Shown piece by piece: positions 1-11,685 of a stretch of 64,000 nt of DNA (position 1 is its first letter; each line of letters starts with the position of its first letter). Position numbers and translations under genes: made by a program. The notes under the pieces are model-generated. The model was not told the origin of the DNA, made no database searches, and saw nothing but the letters and a program-made list of their open reading frames with translations. This DNA comes from Yuukianura sp. NJ FZ-2021 (Eukaryota): NCBI GenBank assembly GCA_046563655.1, contig CM102286.1, positions 6,696,001 through 6,760,000 of the forward strand, in the 5' to 3' direction.

Positions 1-2268
1 GCAAATAACCAAATGAAAAGTAGTAAGAAAGACCATCTAGCGGAAGGAAAGAATACATTTCCTAGATTTTGCTTTCTCCATGAAACGGAGGCGAAGGGAA
101 AACTGGGATCGAATCCGACCGAAAGCTGCACACTTAAGTGCTCCATTCTAGATGGCAAGCAGAGCCGGACAATCCTATTATTATTGCCTTGCCTGACTAT
201 CATGGTTAGTTAGGTTTGGGTAAAGGTATGGTTAGTTAACTCTGTATGAACTGAAGACATTACGGCATTATATTCCTGAGGAATGCCTCTCGTATTTAAA
301 TCTCGAAAAAAAAATCTGATGCTTAAGTGGGACGCTTGCACTTTATGTGTATTTTCAGCAATATTTCTAACTCATTTTTTCTAATTATAATTTATTTTCA
401 TAAATTCTAACTGGAATTTACTCCAGTACCTAACCTTTAATCTAGCTGAGTCTTTGACATGCAGCGGCATCTGAGTCTAATCTGGCGTTGAAATTCCCAT
501 TTCATTTCGTTCATGACATACTTGTTTACTGGAAATTCTAAATACCGGCTGGCTGATATCACTTCCATTTTATGCTTATCTTATATCTATAATGTTTAAG
601 TTCCGAAGAATTTGACTAAAAAGCTGGTTTTCACATTAGATGCATTGGCACTAGGAAACCATGATACATTTTGACATCGAAAAGCCCCAAGCGATATCTA
701 AAAATCTAAGTACTTAATTTTATTAGGGACTGCAAGACAGGACTGCTTTATGGGTATGACTGTTTCGTTGTTAGATTTGATGCCGATGCCATTTCTTAAC
801 TTGATCTTGCTTGGCTTTATTTGTCCAAGCATTTATTGCCTTCGGATCAGAAGTGAACATTTTTTCCCGATTCCAAATATCTTTGAGCGAAGGAGAAAGC
901 AGAGGCGGTGTTTTACGAAGCCTCGCATTTTAGCCCAAAGGGAAATAATTTGTTCTTGATTCAAGTTGAGACAATAGCAACATCAAGAGGAATATTTTCG
1001 TTCTCTGTCCATCTTAACACTGCGAAGATATGTGCCTGCTTTTCTTTAATATAACTTAAACCTACACAGCCCTCGATCCCACGGCCTTGATCTCTTCTAC
1101 AGATTCCCCCCATTTTCATGTCCTGTGTTCCTCCACTTCCTTTACAGTTGACTTGAGAGGAGAGACTACAATATTATCTTCTAAGATGAGAAAAAAAGGA
1201 AACTGCCAACTTTCTCTTTCGCCTACCAAATGCTTTATTGCCTAATTCGACTTTCCTTCCTTTCGGAGCAAGCTATTTCCTCTTCGGGAATTTTTTCAGC
1301 CGTGCAGACAAGACATTTTCTCAATTATTACATTCCCTAAGCCCCTTGTTTCTCTTGATCAAACGGCAATTTCAAAACTTTCTCTTTCTGGATGTATTTC
1401 TGGCTTTTGGAAACTTTTGGAATAGCAAGACTCGAAGAAAAGGCTTCACGCAATAAGCTCCTAAACTTTAGACAAATCATGAGGACTGAAAATAAAAACA
1501 ACATGTTCCTTTGCCTGCCTAGAAGTAACCTACCATTCTAGAACTCATTATTGGCGATCGGCAAAAGTAGGATGGCTAATGTGAACTAATATAATGTAAA
1601 TTCAATTCCATTTCAAACTTCGTTTGAAACTTGTCAAGGGAGAAATTATAATGTTGCCTCTAAGGTGGAAACAGATTAGTACATTTGATCATTTCAATTG
1701 CAACGGAAACTGTTCATGAAAGATTCTATATTTAAAGACTTCTACATCAACGGGACCTTAGGGTATGATGTACATAGTAGGATAACGTTGTCAACAGTCT
1801 ATGGTGAACCTTTGAAATGTTTTGATTTGATGAATTTCTGATGTAGTGCAAGACTTTTAGTTCACTGTACCACACATTGCGCTTGTTTATGTCTTATGCC
1901 AATAAAATTTGATAAATAAATTTTTATTAATTTTTGGAAATATCTCTGAAACCGGAACGTTCAAATTTACTATCATCCTGTGACCGGGACTACCACGAAC
2001 ATCGTGATATATTTTAGTAACTAAAGGTTAACGAACATCCACAATTTGACAATAAAATGTAAATGAATCAGCTAAGCCACCTTGTTGTTCTGCAAAAATG
2101 ATGTCCGACGCTGATTTATTGCTCACAGGAAAAGATAAATTGAAAGCAGATACGTATGATCAAATACATACAACCGCTATCGGCGTGCCATACAAATCTA
2201 AAAGATCGCTTTTATTTCGAACTTTTCGTCACTGTTTTATCAGCGACAGGAAACGCGTTAAGTCCATT

Positions 2269-2274
2269 TATAAA
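2269..2274 (+). promoter_or_regulatory. Candidate TATA box of the repeat-protein gene
   Basis: TATAAA lies about 60 bp upstream of ATG 2330. Confidence 0.5.
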
Positions 2275-2329
2275 GTATTCTAGCAGAGACTTTTGCACGT
2301 AGTACGGTAGACACTTCGAGGATATCGAA

Positions 2330-4094
2330 ATGGCAACAATGAAACCTTTGTTCATCGTGTTGGTTTCGTATATTGGAGTTGGTACTCTACAAGCGAGTCG
2401 TTTGCACGTAAAACCGGCAGAAATATTACTTACGCATGCTAACACAACTAGTATAGCCAATATTGATGGTAAAAATAATTTTTTATTAATGTTTATAATA
2501 CATTGAACATCGTCTGTTTTACTTTTGAGCAAATTCCATTTGGAATTTCGAAATTTTAAAGTATGAAAGTTTATTAAATCTTTCAGTAAAACAAATTCAG
2601 CCTGGAACGAACGATTGGAGATCTGGTATCTTCCCTTTCAAGTTCTTTTCAACGGCAACAAATTCACCGGCAAGTGAACAAACTCAACGCAAGAAATATG
2701 CAACAACATATCCAACAACTCCACTAGCGACATATCCAACAACAACATATCCAACAACGACACGTCCAACAACAACATATCCAACAACGACACGTGGAAC
2801 AATGACATATCCAACAACGACGCGTCGAACAACGACATATCCAACAACGACACGTGGAACAACGACATATCCAACAACGACACGTGGAACAACAACATAT
2901 CCAACAACGACGCGTGGAACAACAACATATCCAACAACGACACGTGGAACAACGTCATATCCAACAACGACGCGTGGAACAACGTCATATCCAACAACGA
3001 CACGTGGAACAACGACATATCCAACAACATATCCAACAACGACACGTGGAACAACAACATATCCAACAACGACACGTGGAACAACGACATATCCAACAAC
3101 GACACGTCCAACAACAACATATCCAACAACGACATATCCAACAACGACGCGTGGAACAACGACATATCCAACAACAACATATCCAACAACGACACGTCCA
3201 ACAACAACATATCCAACAACGACACGTGGAACAACGACATATCCAACAACATATCCAACAACGACACGTGGAACAACAACATATCCAACAACGACACGTG
3301 GAACAACGACATATCCAACAACGACACGTGGAACAACGACATATCCAACAACGACACGTCCAACAACAACATATCCAACAACGACACGTGGAACAACGAC
3401 ATATCCAACAACGACGCGTGGAACAACGACATATCCAACAACGACGCGTGGAACAACGACATATCCAACAACAACATATCCAACAACGACACGTACAACA
3501 ACAACATATCCAACAACGACACGTGGAACGACATATCCAACAACATATCCAACAACGACACGTGGAACAACAACATATCCAACAACGACACGTGGAACAA
3601 CGACATATCCAACAACGACACGTGGAACAACGACATATCCAACAACGACACGTCCAACAACAACATATCCAACAACGACACGTCTAACAACAACATATCC
3701 AACAACAACATATCCAACAACCACACGTGGAACAACGACATATCCAACAACGACGCGTCCAACAACAACATATCCAACAACGACACGTGGAACAACGACA
3801 TATCCAACAACTCCACAAACGACACATCCAACAACATATTCAACAACTCCAGGACACACATATACAACAACATATCCAACAACTCCAGGACCGATATATC
3901 CAACCACTGATGAACCTACGCCTGAGCCTACGTATTCTCCAACAAGTCCTACAGAAACTACTCCAGCGGCTCCAGGTAACCCTTTCCCAGACATCAGCGT
4001 CAACTATATCCTCTTCAACAACAGCTCCATCAGCAACAGCTCCATAAACGTCAACAACAACAACACAATTTACGTCTACAATGGCGCGGGTTGA
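2330..4094 (+). CDS. Secreted Thr/Pro-rich mucin- or glue-like tandem-repeat protein, two exons (2330..2468, 2587..4094), 548 aa
   Basis: Exon 1 encodes a signal-peptide-like start (MATMKPLFIVLVSYIGVGTLQA-SRL) and ends at a phase-1 donor G|GTAAAA. The AT-rich intron ends TTTCAG at 2586. Splicing joins exon 1 in frame with the YPTTTRGTTT repeat ORF, which ends with a non-repetitive tail (..NNNNTIYVYNGAG*). AATAAA follows at 4230. Confidence 0.85.
2703..3810 (+). repeat. Coding minisatellite: 30-bp unit (TATCCAACAACGACACGTGGAACAACGACA) with interspersed 12/15-bp short units
   Basis: Tandem array visible directly in the sequence; all unit-length variants are multiples of 3. Confidence 0.95.
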
Positions 4095-4229
4095 ATAGTA
4101 AGAATAGCTATTCCACGACTTTGATTTCCTTTTTAGCTGGTTTTGGTTTGAAATTGCTCCACACTTGTCCTGATTGTGATCGAGTTCAAACTGCATAATT
4201 TTAAAAATACCCCGGATCCAATCAACTTT

Positions 4230-4235
4230 AATAAA
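4230..4235 (+). terminator. Polyadenylation signal of the repeat-protein gene
   Basis: AATAAA about 135 bp after the stop codon at 4094. Confidence 0.55.
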
Positions 4236-5059
4236 CACAACTTTATCAAACTATCAACGTAAGACATTTGAATATAATTGTTTAGTGACTTTAGTAGTTA
4301 CGCCTAAAAATGTATACCTAATATCGTTTAAATAAACGCCAATAAACACGACTGGATTTTGCCAACACATCGTTGCACGTCGAAAAATTTGTCAGCGTGT
4401 TTGTGTTATACCGTGGTGCAGTGGAAACGTGTTGATGAATCATTTCATGGCATTGGTTGTTGTGCCCGTTGTTAGCAATCCAGCAGCTGCATAACGGAAT
4501 CGCTGGTTACAATGTAGTTACCAAATGTAGTTTTTTGGGCAAACACAGCAATAGAAGTTGGAGTTTTCACATAAAGAGAAATCACTAATAAGAGAAAATT
4601 AGGAAGCTGAGTCCATACAGCAAAATATAAAGCACATGTTTTTCTAATCTCTGCTGTTCCGAATGTGTGGATCTTCCCAAGAAAGATGAACTTTCCTTTT
4701 CTAATTGCAGAGATAAATAAAATCGGGGGAGCTTATTGAAACAATTTAATGGATACTTTCACCGTTAAGCTCAAGTGGACAATAGAAAAGCTCTCTTCTT
4801 CCCTTCTGAAAAGCTCCAACCTGGTTCCCTTCAGCCTCTTAAGTAAGCTTCCGTCTAACTTCTAATTTATTTCGGATAAGCCCAAATCGCATGTAACGTA
4901 AATTCTTCTAAGAATGACACACGTTTTGCAAAGCTAGAGAAAATCATTTATACGAAATGATATGTTCCAAAGCATGGGTCACTAGCGTCAATTTTTGTAA
5001 CTGATTTTTGTAGAGTTTCTGGTTAACAAAAATATCTAGGCGTCTAGTTCATGTCCACC

Positions 5060-5081
5060 TTACGTGCCTATAGGCACGTAA
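5060..5081. repeat. 22-bp perfect palindrome followed by a (TA)n run
   Basis: TTACGTGCCTA|TAGGCACGTAA, then AGGCATATATATATATATT. Confidence 0.8.
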
Positions 5082-8000
5082 AGGCATATATATATATATT
5101 GATTGTTAACTGGAACGTATGCAACTTTCAGTATGAGTGTGAAGTTAAACGAAAAGAACGAAACGATAATTATAGAACCGTGTAGAGACAGCACCCTGGA
5201 AAAACATTTTCCAAGTTCGTAAGTAGTTGGAATATCATTGGAAATATTAATGCGACTTTCAAAGTACAAAGTGTGGTTCAGTAAAGCCATTGAAAATTTT
5301 TTGGTTCGTAAAGAAAGTTGATGACGCTCATGTGAGACATAACAAGTTATCTTAACGTGACCTCAGGGAGCGGTTCGAACACCATTTTCCAAACGAAGAC
5401 GAGAAAATAGGAGTTTTCTGATACCCTTTCTTCAGTGTTGGTTGCTGAACCTCTTCTATCTTTGGGAATTGGAATAATTGTAGAGGGCATTAGGGAAGGA
5501 CCTAGTGTACTTTGTCTCGTGGCTGAAATAGAGTAACATATGTAAAGCCGTGTACTATTCTGAAGGAATCAAGTAGACTATGCCCAACAACCAATGTTCA
5601 AAGAAAGTAATTGATTAAAATCATAATATATTTTTAACTGAAAAAGATATACAACTATTTCTAAATAGTTCCAGAGAGCGAAATGATAAATGATAAACTG
5701 TTACAACTCCATTGCCAAAATCTTACAACAATACTTCGGGTTGAAGGGGTAACATAACCATTTCGTATTCTGCATATTTTTACGGTTGAATAAAACTAAA
5801 CTGGGAATTGGGAGAAGGGATAGTAAATTTGAGCGGACTGTGATTCGGGTGCAAGGAAATGAAAACTTTCACCACCACTTATGGAAAGCAGAAACGAAAA
5901 AGAATTATGAGAAGATCTGAAACCTCTTTCCAATTCTGAAAGCCCCTTTCCGTTCTGCATAGTTTCAGATTCTTAATGGCAAACTCCGCACTCACTTTCT
6001 TGGAAAGTGGTGGAGTCTCTCTGTTGAGTAGAAAAGAGTTCCGGAAGAAGGGAAGAATCCCCAACTTTCATTCTTTATTGCGAAAAGACAGAATTATGAG
6101 GCATGACTTTGATTTCCGCCTTTCCCTTTAGTACTATTGAATTTTAAAATATCAAATAATGTATAAAATATGTAATGGCTTCTCATGGAGCCTTACATAA
6201 TAACCGGTCTGGAGTCGCTGGAATCCGCCGTCGCATCCGAAATATAAATTGATTCCTGACAAGATTTCGAATTCGTTTCTATTGATGCCCGATTTTGCGA
6301 AACCACTTTCCTTGAAGGAGCTTTAGTGAAAAACGACAGCTAAATAGTCAACTTGTACGATATTGGGGTATTTCGCTTAAGCGAAGTAAAAGTAGAAAGT
6401 GCTTTAAACTTTAAGTGCGAAAATCATCAACATACTACATAGACTAAGAGTCTTTGGCTGTTATACTTTCAAAGAAAGGTATCGCTAACAGTGTTTTTAG
6501 TAAGTTGAGAAAGCATTTATAACTGGAAGTTAAGTATTAAAAGCCACTTTATACACCGACCATGTTGGTCTATCTGTGTGCCAGCGGCAATTATTTGCGA
6601 AACGGTAAAACTTTCTCCCGATCCGGTTTAACCTCTGAACATATATTGACATTGGGATATTCACTGTTGCATATCTTCCCGGTTGGTCAGCTACGTCCGA
6701 GGCACTTGTTTCTCAGCCGTTTCAGTATTGTTATAATACTCAAGTAGTGTATTATTATTTTGGCTCGCCACGGTGCACGATGGTTTGTCCCGTGGTTCGA
6801 AGTCAAAATTAACATCTCTCGCTACTAATTTACATCCCGGGTTTCAACCATGTTGATCTTACTTAGACGGCTCATAGAGAAAACATTGTAGAGCATGTTT
6901 TTAGTCATTTTTTCAAAGCACTAATTAGTTTGAAAACAAACCCCAAGGTTAATGACAACGAGGAGCTGTGTTACATCATGACAACGAATCCAAAATGCTT
7001 GGATCAGAAGAGGTGGAATGTCATCTCCGGCACCTGTCTCCCTCTCGAAACGAAGAAAGTGTCATATCGGTTTCTTCTACTTTTGCATCGTCGTAGGAAA
7101 ATACTTTACATTAATGTTTGTTGGAAATGGGGTTCTATGTTCCATCAGCCATTCCTTTTCCAATACTGTAGTCAGTCGGTAGCAGTTGGCAGGAAAAGAG
7201 CCACGCTTGCACTTTATATTTGCTACAACATGTCCCTACTTTGGAAACTCCACCCCAAAACTTATTATCCGCTTCATATGTTTTGGCCTGAAATACTCAA
7301 ACTTTTATTCCTTTCTGTATTTTCGTCTGGCAGAACTTATGATTATTTACCAATAGTTGTTCACAGTTGGATTCCAGGCAAAAGTTTACTCATCAACCCA
7401 AAACCATGGCAGATCCCACGCACTCACTGCATCGCACTGTTAATTGGTTAACTTTCACCTTCCAGGTTTGGTCTCAACGTATAGTGAAAACATTTCTTAG
7501 TCAAAGTTTTTTTGTTTGTATTTGTTTTATCACAGGCCTGTTTTGCTGCTTACGTGCCACACAAAAAGTTCAGAGTTGAGATTAAGGAAAAATGAACTTT
7601 TTGCAAGCCATTTCGCAAGAACAAAACTATTTCGCAGAAAAATGGAGCGGGGTGGATGGAAGTGAAGTGGGTAAATAGTTTGGAGTGTTTGTGTCCTGGA
7701 GTGTTGAATGAAGTCGTAGTTGTGATGATGGATGTTGGGAGTAAATTAAGAGTGGTTGCATAATTCATGAGGAAGAATGGTTGATGGAGTGAGATTACCA
7801 TAAGATGAAGATGCTTTCCTTCCCTTTTGCTCAACAGTAAAGCAGCGGAAGCGGAAGCAGGAAAAAGAGCCCATTAGAAAGGAAAGTCTCACCTGAGAAA
7901 GCAGATTTTGTTTTCCTTTCTCCATGGGAAAGACGAAAGCTTCCCTTTAACATTAGTTTACAGTAGAAACTTTGTACTTAAGCTTCAATGGCCTCCATTT

Positions 8001-9754
8001 CTCATCTCAGGAAACATAACCTAAGACGTCATCCCAAACTCCGTATCCATGACATGTTAACACGCTGGAATTTGTACTTTTCTAAAGTCTGACACTAAGC
8101 TTGCATGTTACAACATATTTGAGTCGAGAAAAACAATGACCTCATTTTCCTCGGCAATTTTCACGCTCAATGGGGTTCTGTAAATCACTGAAAAGTGTTT
8201 AGCTGAACATTTCAAATGCAAAAATTTTGCGTTTTTGTTTAAATTCTTTCAAAGAAATACATTTCTAATATTGTTGCCAAGTTGAAAGCCATTAGGAAGG
8301 AAATAGTGATGAGGCGGGAGTGGCAATCTTAAACCTTATCTCCATTAAATGATAAACAGTAGTTAATAAAACAGGCCACGAAGTCATAACTCATTTGACG
8401 CCTCTTTCCTACTTTCCCACCCAATAAATCCTGAGATAGAGAGAAAGGATGGAACCATTAAGAACTTTCAGATGAAACTGAATAATTCAAAGACAGCAAA
8501 CAAAGGGTATTAGAGGAAGATGGAATTAAACAATGCATATGCCTCGCAGGTCAAACGCTTTTATTTATCTTGTGTCTTAGGTGGTCGTTACAACTTTCTA
8601 GAATTAACTTTTTCCCACCTTGTAATCTTCCAAAAACTCTTTAAATTAATGTTCGTGCAAACAAAAGAGGGGAGAGTAAATCAACTATTATGAATCTTAC
8701 GGGGTTAAGTCGTGAGGAATTTCCCATTTTCTGCTCAAAATCCACATTCTTAACGGTTTTTTTTACCAATACAAGTTACTACAAAATTTTTGGTGAAGCA
8801 AGCTTAGGGTCATAACCGGCTACTCCCTTCTAGCAGAGTAAAAGCAGGTCGAAATTTAATTCGAACGTAAGTTACGTAAAGTATGCAGGTCAAGTTCAGC
8901 AGAAGCAACTACCAAAATTGACAATTTGTTTGCAATTACATTCATGAATACAATTCTATTCACTACAAACCCATAGTACGCGGTAATAAAAACGGCAGTA
9001 AAGGATCCATGTACTGTTGGTACGGAGCATGAGGAATGAAGCAAAGAATGAATTAATCAGCGAACCGACAAAGTGAAGATGGTTTTTCGCAGACTAAGGT
9101 GTACTTGAGTCACCGGCGACAACGTGAGAAGTTGTAAGCCGTTGCTCGGGGTTAGACTCATCTCAATTACGTAAGTGCCCTTTCTTCGGAGATACAATTG
9201 TTTGCGATTTTGTTGGTTCTGAGTACATCGTTCTGGAAAAAAGCCTACCGTGATGGAAGCCATTAGAATTTAGAGAGGTGAAGGAATAATATTTTTCCTG
9301 TTACACAAAGGGTTGAGTGCATGTCTTCGGGTCGTAAGACGCCGCAACATATTTTTTAAGTTAAGCAGACGTAAGAAGTTCAACCAAACAAAAACTTGTT
9401 TCATTTCGAGCAGACTATTCTGCACAACGTTTTTTTTGCTGCGTAAAAGCTTGTATCAGGTGACCATGTATCTTTCATGCGGAGTTTCCCAGAATTCGTA
9501 ATAAACGCCCTTAAACTTGTTTGCGTTGACAGCAAACTCGTCTAGTATAAAAAATGGTATAAATCTAGTTTGATTGGTAACACAACACCGGTTGATGTAA
9601 GACAAAGAATTACAAACTATTGACTTTTAAGTGCATAAATTTGTCACTGTTGACAGGTACCCTTTGTTTTCTGTTACAAGATGCAAACATAACGCAAAGA
9701 AGATAAGATTCTTCAACATAGGAAAAAGTTATTATAAAACATTTATTATAATAT

Positions 9755-9759
9755 TATAG
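9755..9759 (+). repeat. Target-site duplication, left copy (TATAG); right copy at 16016..16020
   Basis: Identical 5-mer immediately outside both termini. It reads as 6-bp TTATAG if the terminal T at 16015 is assigned to the TSD. Confidence 0.85.
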
Positions 9760-10148
9760 AGTAGGGTGTACGATAGGAATTTTGCATACTTTGCCGCGGG
9801 GGCTAGTCGGGCGCAATATTGGGGAGGGGAAAACCCCTCAAAAAATACATAATGACAAAATCTCAACATCTAAAATGTCAAAAATGTCAACAACAAAAAG
9901 GCAGACATCAAAAAGGTCGACAACAAAAAAGTCAAAACACAAGTATTGGAATTTTTCATAGAAAATTCGAAAAGTTCTTTTCAAAACAACTTGTCACAAG
10001 AAAAAACGTTTTTTGAAAATATTTTAAAATAGCATTCAACCATTGTTTCGATGGCTACTTAAACAGCGAGCTCTGAATCTAGAAATCGTCAGTTCTGAAC
10101 TTAGTAGTGGAAATTACAACATTCCTACTCCATAGCCATTCTCAAAAG

Positions 10149-10853
10149 ATGGAAGATGTAAAACATGAAATTGCTCTCCGAGTAAGAGGCATTCCATGGG
10201 AAAGACGTCCAGAAAAGTGTCCTGGATTTTATATAACTCCAATTTGTTCGCAAAACTCGTCAGCGTTTAAAACTCACGAAGAGTACAAAGCGCTTCCAGT
10301 TACTCGGGTTTGCGATCACAGTCGCTTCAACTATAGTGGTGAATACGACTACATGATTGAAAAACTGTTTGGAGATGGAGTATTTAAATCAGCTGATTTG
10401 CAAGAAATTTTGGACGAAGTTTCACGGCTCCGAAAATTTAAAAAGTATTATTGCAAATACATGCAATGTTCTGGATTCATTTTACGAAAGGGGAAGAAAG
10501 CAACAGCCGACCCACATTCCCTAGTTCCTGGTTATGACTTTTCCAGAAGCAAAGAAGCTCCTTATACCTTACCATGCAACGGCTGGAACTGTGATACAAC
10601 GGCGTTTGCAAAGTACATTATCATTGCGGCTTTAGCCCGTGGATATTTGGCTCCAACGTATTCTCTTCGAAATAATCCACTCATCATCCTGGAAAAAGTG
10701 GGGTGGACGGCAATGCTGAATGTAACTCCTCATGAAGCACATAAAGAATTTATTCAAAATTCAGAAAACTGGCTTGCAAAACAATGGGAGTTTCTGTGGA
10801 GCCCTGACGTTCTCTACACTGCGCGTCAACAACGAATATCTCATTTTGCTTGA
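10149..10853 (+). CDS. Uncharacterised 234-aa protein encoded inside the left TIR
   Basis: Intact ORF; first ATG at 10149 (MEDVKHEIAL..; the ORF track starts at an upstream GTG). An Inr-like TCAGTT lies at 10089..10094. Several Cys clusters (YCKYMQC, CNGWNC). No family recognised. Confidence 0.7.
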   Translation: MEDVKHEIALRVRGIPWERRPEKCPGFYITPICSQNSSAFKTHEEYKALPVTRVCDHSRFNYSGEYDYMIEKLFGDGVFKSADLQEILDEVSRLRKFKKYYCKYMQCSGFILRKGKKATADPHSLVPGYDFSRSKEAPYTLPCNGWNCDTTAFAKYIIIAALARGYLAPTYSLRNNPLIILEKVGWTAMLNVTPHEAHKEFIQNSENWLAKQWEFLWSPDVLYTARQQRISHFA

Positions 10854-11070
10854 AGTTTATTTCGAGAATGTCGTTTTGAAGTCGATGAACTTTTAACCCT
10901 TTTTCTATAATTTGGAAAAGGCTCGCTTCTGTTGGAAAAGGTATCCCCCAATATTTTAAAAGATGGCTACAGAGTACAAAGTATTCAAGCTGAAACGCTT
11001 GAACACCTCATGGCTACAGCGTTGGATTTATCCAGCCCAGTCCTGGGGAAGCCTTTGGGCCGTGTGAGCC

Positions 11071-11118
11071 AGCCCTTGGACGCCAGCCCTTGGACGCCAG
11101 CCCTTGGACGCCAGCCCT
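11071..11118 (+). repeat. 14-bp GC-rich tandem repeat (AGCCCTTGGACGCC); 3 full units here, 4 in the right TIR (14643..14704)
   Basis: Units counted directly in both TIRs. Confidence 0.9.
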
Positions 11119-11381
11119 CAATTCGCATGAATTTTTAACGTAATATAACAACTTCACTGCATAATACAATGGCCTCTCTGCATATTACCCTGGCCCAGTT
11201 GTATAATACCACAACGTCATTACATAATGCCGAGTTTATTCTGTACAACATAGCGAGTTTGCGAGAGTAAAGTCTAGACTTTGTCAATGTCACGGGAACT
11301 TACTCCGTGAGTACACCTTGCAGAGTACTTCCTCGGGATTATTTCCCGCCGGTAACCTTCCTTCGAGAGTCAGATCATCGT

Positions 11382-11516
11382 TAATACCATGGTCACATTG
11401 TATAATACCATGGTCACATTGTATAATACCATGGTCACGTTGTATAATACCATGGTCACGTTGTATAATGCCATGGTCACGTTGTATAATACAATAACCT
11501 CACTGCATAATACAAC
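11382..11516 (+). repeat. 21-bp tandem array (TAATACCATGGTCACRTTGTA x5 plus degenerate units); mirror copy at 14182..14316
   Basis: Exact 21-bp period. A related degenerate 21-bp array lies at 11141..11245. Confidence 0.92.
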
Positions 11517-11597
11517 ATTTTTTGTCAATTTTACATCCAACCACCACCACCACCACCACACACCACCACAACTCCAACGTGCCCACCCATGCAAAAG

Positions 11598-11633
11598 TAT
11601 AAATAGCAACGTTGACTTGCTCATCTCTCAGTT
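11598..11633 (+). promoter_or_regulatory. TATA + Initiator core promoter at the inner end of the left TIR, upstream of the ATPase gene
   Basis: TATAAATA at 11598 and TCAGTT at 11628 (A+1 = 11630, 32 nt from the first T of TATA), matching arthropod TATA/Inr spacing. First downstream ATG is 11686. Confidence 0.75.
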
Positions 11634-11685
11634 TCGTTTCAGACGTTGAGCTGTGAAGACGTGAAGATTCTGTGGACTATACATC

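Larger units (their letters stand above)
9760..11669 (+). repeat. Left terminal inverted repeat (1910 bp)
   Basis: Reverse complement of 14029..16015, apart from a few substitutions and two tandem-repeat copy-number differences (63 + 14 = 77 bp). Confidence 0.97.

Noticed and set aside
2703..3810. Possible CRISPR array
   Set aside because: Contiguous tandem units with no unique spacers, in a eukaryotic coding exon; no cas genes.
2638..4047. Long alternative-frame and antisense ORFs (421, 439, 277, 106 aa) over the minisatellite
   Set aside because: The repeat unit lacks stop codons in most frames. Only the Thr-rich frame connects to a signal-peptide exon through canonical splice sites and has a poly(A) signal.
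6930..7451. 173-aa ORF
   Set aside because: No recognisable domain and non-coding-like composition.
9819..10016. 65-aa Lys/Gln-rich ORF in each TIR (also 15759..15956)
   Set aside because: Non-ATG start as called and derived from the A-rich 15-bp periodic repeat; no coding evidence.
11370..11649. 86-aa MVTLYNT-repeat ORF and its 84-aa antisense ORF (mirrored at 14049..14328)
   Set aside because: By-products of the 21-bp array and (CCA)n tract; they overlap the TATA/Inr promoter.
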